A DNA stretch of 64,000 bases. It comes from Lytechinus pictus. Its lineage: Eukaryota. Every line of letters starts with the position of its first letter. Positions within the stretch are counted from its first letter, which is position 1. The notes beneath the pieces were generated by a model. It was not told where the DNA came from. It did not search any database and was given only the letters and a program-made list of their open reading frames with translations. A program made the position numbers and the translations under genes. The DNA lies in assembly GCF_037042905.1 (NCBI RefSeq), contig NC_087252.1, positions 12,216,001-12,280,000 of the forward strand. Reading direction: 5' to 3'. Shown one piece after another: positions 61,752 through 64,000 of the stretch.

Positions 61752-64000
61752 TTAATGATACCGCGTGTAAATAAACAAGAGATGATCTCAATTTTAAAAA
61801 GTAAGAAATAAATAAAAATCGTGTTCACTGCGGAATGACGCTTGGAAACAACTGGTTCGTCATTATGTAGATATGCATGCAAATAGATTGAAATGGAGCT
61901 TTAATCGACGTAAAGTGTTAGCATATTCTGTCCAATGTTTAAGCTATTGTGGATGAATTGAGTGTTACAAAATTTTGCAAAGAATTAAAATCTAGGATTG
62001 ATATCAATACGTGTACACGTAATGATTCCCTGAATGAGACATACCATGAACATTCAGAAGAACTGAGGATCTAAGACTCCTTTGTATTTCCGGGTGTGAT
62101 GCGATGCAGCTGAGACTCTTTTCGTGGTCAACTCTGGTGGGTGTGATTGTCAAAGTTTTCCTGGAGATGTAAGATCCGTCTTGAATGATATCAGATTGAT
62201 CCTGATGAACAACGGTCACGTCCTCTGGTACTAGCCATTGCAGTGCTGCAGGAGGCTTTGCCCTATTTGCTTCACATGTGATGCTAAACGACTCTCCAGC
62301 AGTTATACTTATATTGGCGTTGTTCAAGTATTGCCGGCCCCAGTGGGCGTCAGACATGAAAACCCGTGAGGGTGGAACTGGAGAAAAACACAGTACATTA
62401 GAAATAAACACCCTCTTCCCAAATAGTTCCTTGCCATTTCATTTTTTAAAATATATAATCACTGAATGATTTTCTTGTTGGCGAGTATGAACTCATGCAA
62501 AATTGTCAATGGGCTAAATAAACAAATAAATAATAAAATTTAATAAAACAGTCATAATATCATTTATATTATGTATCACCTTGCCAAATACATGTATGCC
62601 CAGTCAATGACAAACAATTATTTGTATTCATATTTATTAACTTCTTACAACTAACACATCGGAAAGAGCCCGTTATATGAAATGATACAGAAAGCAGGGG
62701 GGGGGGGACGGGGGTTATATACAGCTAAAAATATCTACAATCAAATCACCTTTCACATGTTTGGTGAACAAAAAGCATCGTCGATAAAATCTTTGCAGTT
62801 TATTCATGGGCCTTTTCACACGTTAATCTTGAACTCTTCTTTAGAATCACCGGAACTTTCACACGGAAGATTCGTACCGTAATTTGGGTGAAATTTTACT
62901 GGAATTTCCCTCCGGAGTGATTCGTGATTGTGATTAGCGTTCGTGATTATTGTATGGTTTCACACGTGCTAAGAATCGTCATTACCCTTTTTTTTCACTG
63001 GAATCCTTATTCAAATTACTATTTTTTACTGTTTTAAACTGCGAATAGTCACGAGCTCTAGGTAAAATGGGTTAGGGCTTTCATTACAATGTCTTTTCAG
63101 TGGGTAAGAATGATGGGACAATATTGAATGAGTAGGCCTACGTATTCGTAGATATTTGATTTTATGTCATCGTGCTCATTATGGTTAATACAAATACTTC
63201 GTAGGGAGGTTTTTTATCTTTCTGTAAGAACATGGTCATGATTTAGAAATTGCTAAGATTAAAATGATGTAATGCGTCGCAAAATAGCGTGCTTGCTTTA
63301 AAAAACGAAAATCTTAGCTAGGTGGAATGACATGCTGTCCAACCCCCTCCCCCTTTTTTCTTACCTGGATTTAGTACTTCCAGTATTTCAGTCGCTGAAC
63401 GTTCTCCATGTAGGTTAAGCACATTGCATGTGTATATCCCATTGTCACCAGTGTTCAAATTAATTATTGTGAGGGATGTGCTGCTGTCATCTCCCAATAA
63501 CTTGTACTTTGAAGGATTATAAATATTAGGTGTACATTCACTTGCAGTTGTGCACCACTCAGACGCAATTGGTGTTTCTTCGTGTTTCCACTTGACAGTG
63601 CGAAGATTCGAAGGAGGCCAATAAATGCACTCCATCGTAAAATCTTCTCCTTTGACTGGTAGGGTCTGCGTTGGTTGAAAATAAATCGTGGCTGTTGACA
63701 CGGTAAAGGGAGAGCCTGCAAATGGATTGGGTAGGAATATTGTCAATTATTGGTCATGATAGACGTATTGCTAATACATAGTACTTTACAAAACGGGCAT
63801 CTATTTTAGACTATCTAGAGCTGCAAAATGACATCCTTAAAGATTCGCCTTGATATTTAACTCAAACGTGACAAAAGGGTTCAAAATTGCACTTGTTCGT
63901 GTTTTGCTGCAGGTTGCACTATTTTACGAAGGGTAGCACCCTTCGTGCACCTTAAATGCGTAACACAGTCCAGGAAGCGCATTCTGAGACAGACTTGAAC

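Larger units (their letters stand above)
59330..63715 (-). pseudogene. IgSF unit A1 (A-alpha): V and C2a intact, C2b deleted, C2c 5'-truncated; leader expected beyond the window end
   Basis: V 63365-63715 and C2a 62045-62377. The C2c remnant 59330-59609 begins at NVTCTALNGYP. Unrelated DNA fills 59610-61751. Confidence 0.72.

Overview
AT-rich, intron-containing invertebrate animal DNA. The repeat types and gene content suggest a sea urchin or other echinoderm, which is an inference. Almost the whole window is a head-to-tail, minus-strand array of ten paralogous immunoglobulin-superfamily units. Each complete unit is: a short signal-peptide exon (not in the ORF track), a V-type Ig exon, and three C2-type Ig exons, all joined in phase 1. 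There are two families: A (6 copies, subtypes A-alpha and A-beta) and B (4 copies). Family B has an extra 116-nt exon encoding the N-terminal part of a nephrin-like FN3 domain. I found no transmembrane or cytoplasmic exon in the window, and the 3' end of every unit is broken or reads through to a stop codon. Five units (A2, A3, A4, B1, B3) have open reading frames across all four Ig exons; the other five carry deletions, stops, frameshifts or chimeric junctions. Most units share a conserved upstream block with an IRF/ISRE-like motif. Three decayed copies of a B-box/coiled-coil/beta-propeller (TRIM-NHL-like) gene lie head-to-head with A-alpha units. The window also holds a young 5'-truncated CR1-group LINE, nested CR1/L2 fragments, an ancient LINE relic, tRNA-derived SINEs, MITEs and microsatellites.
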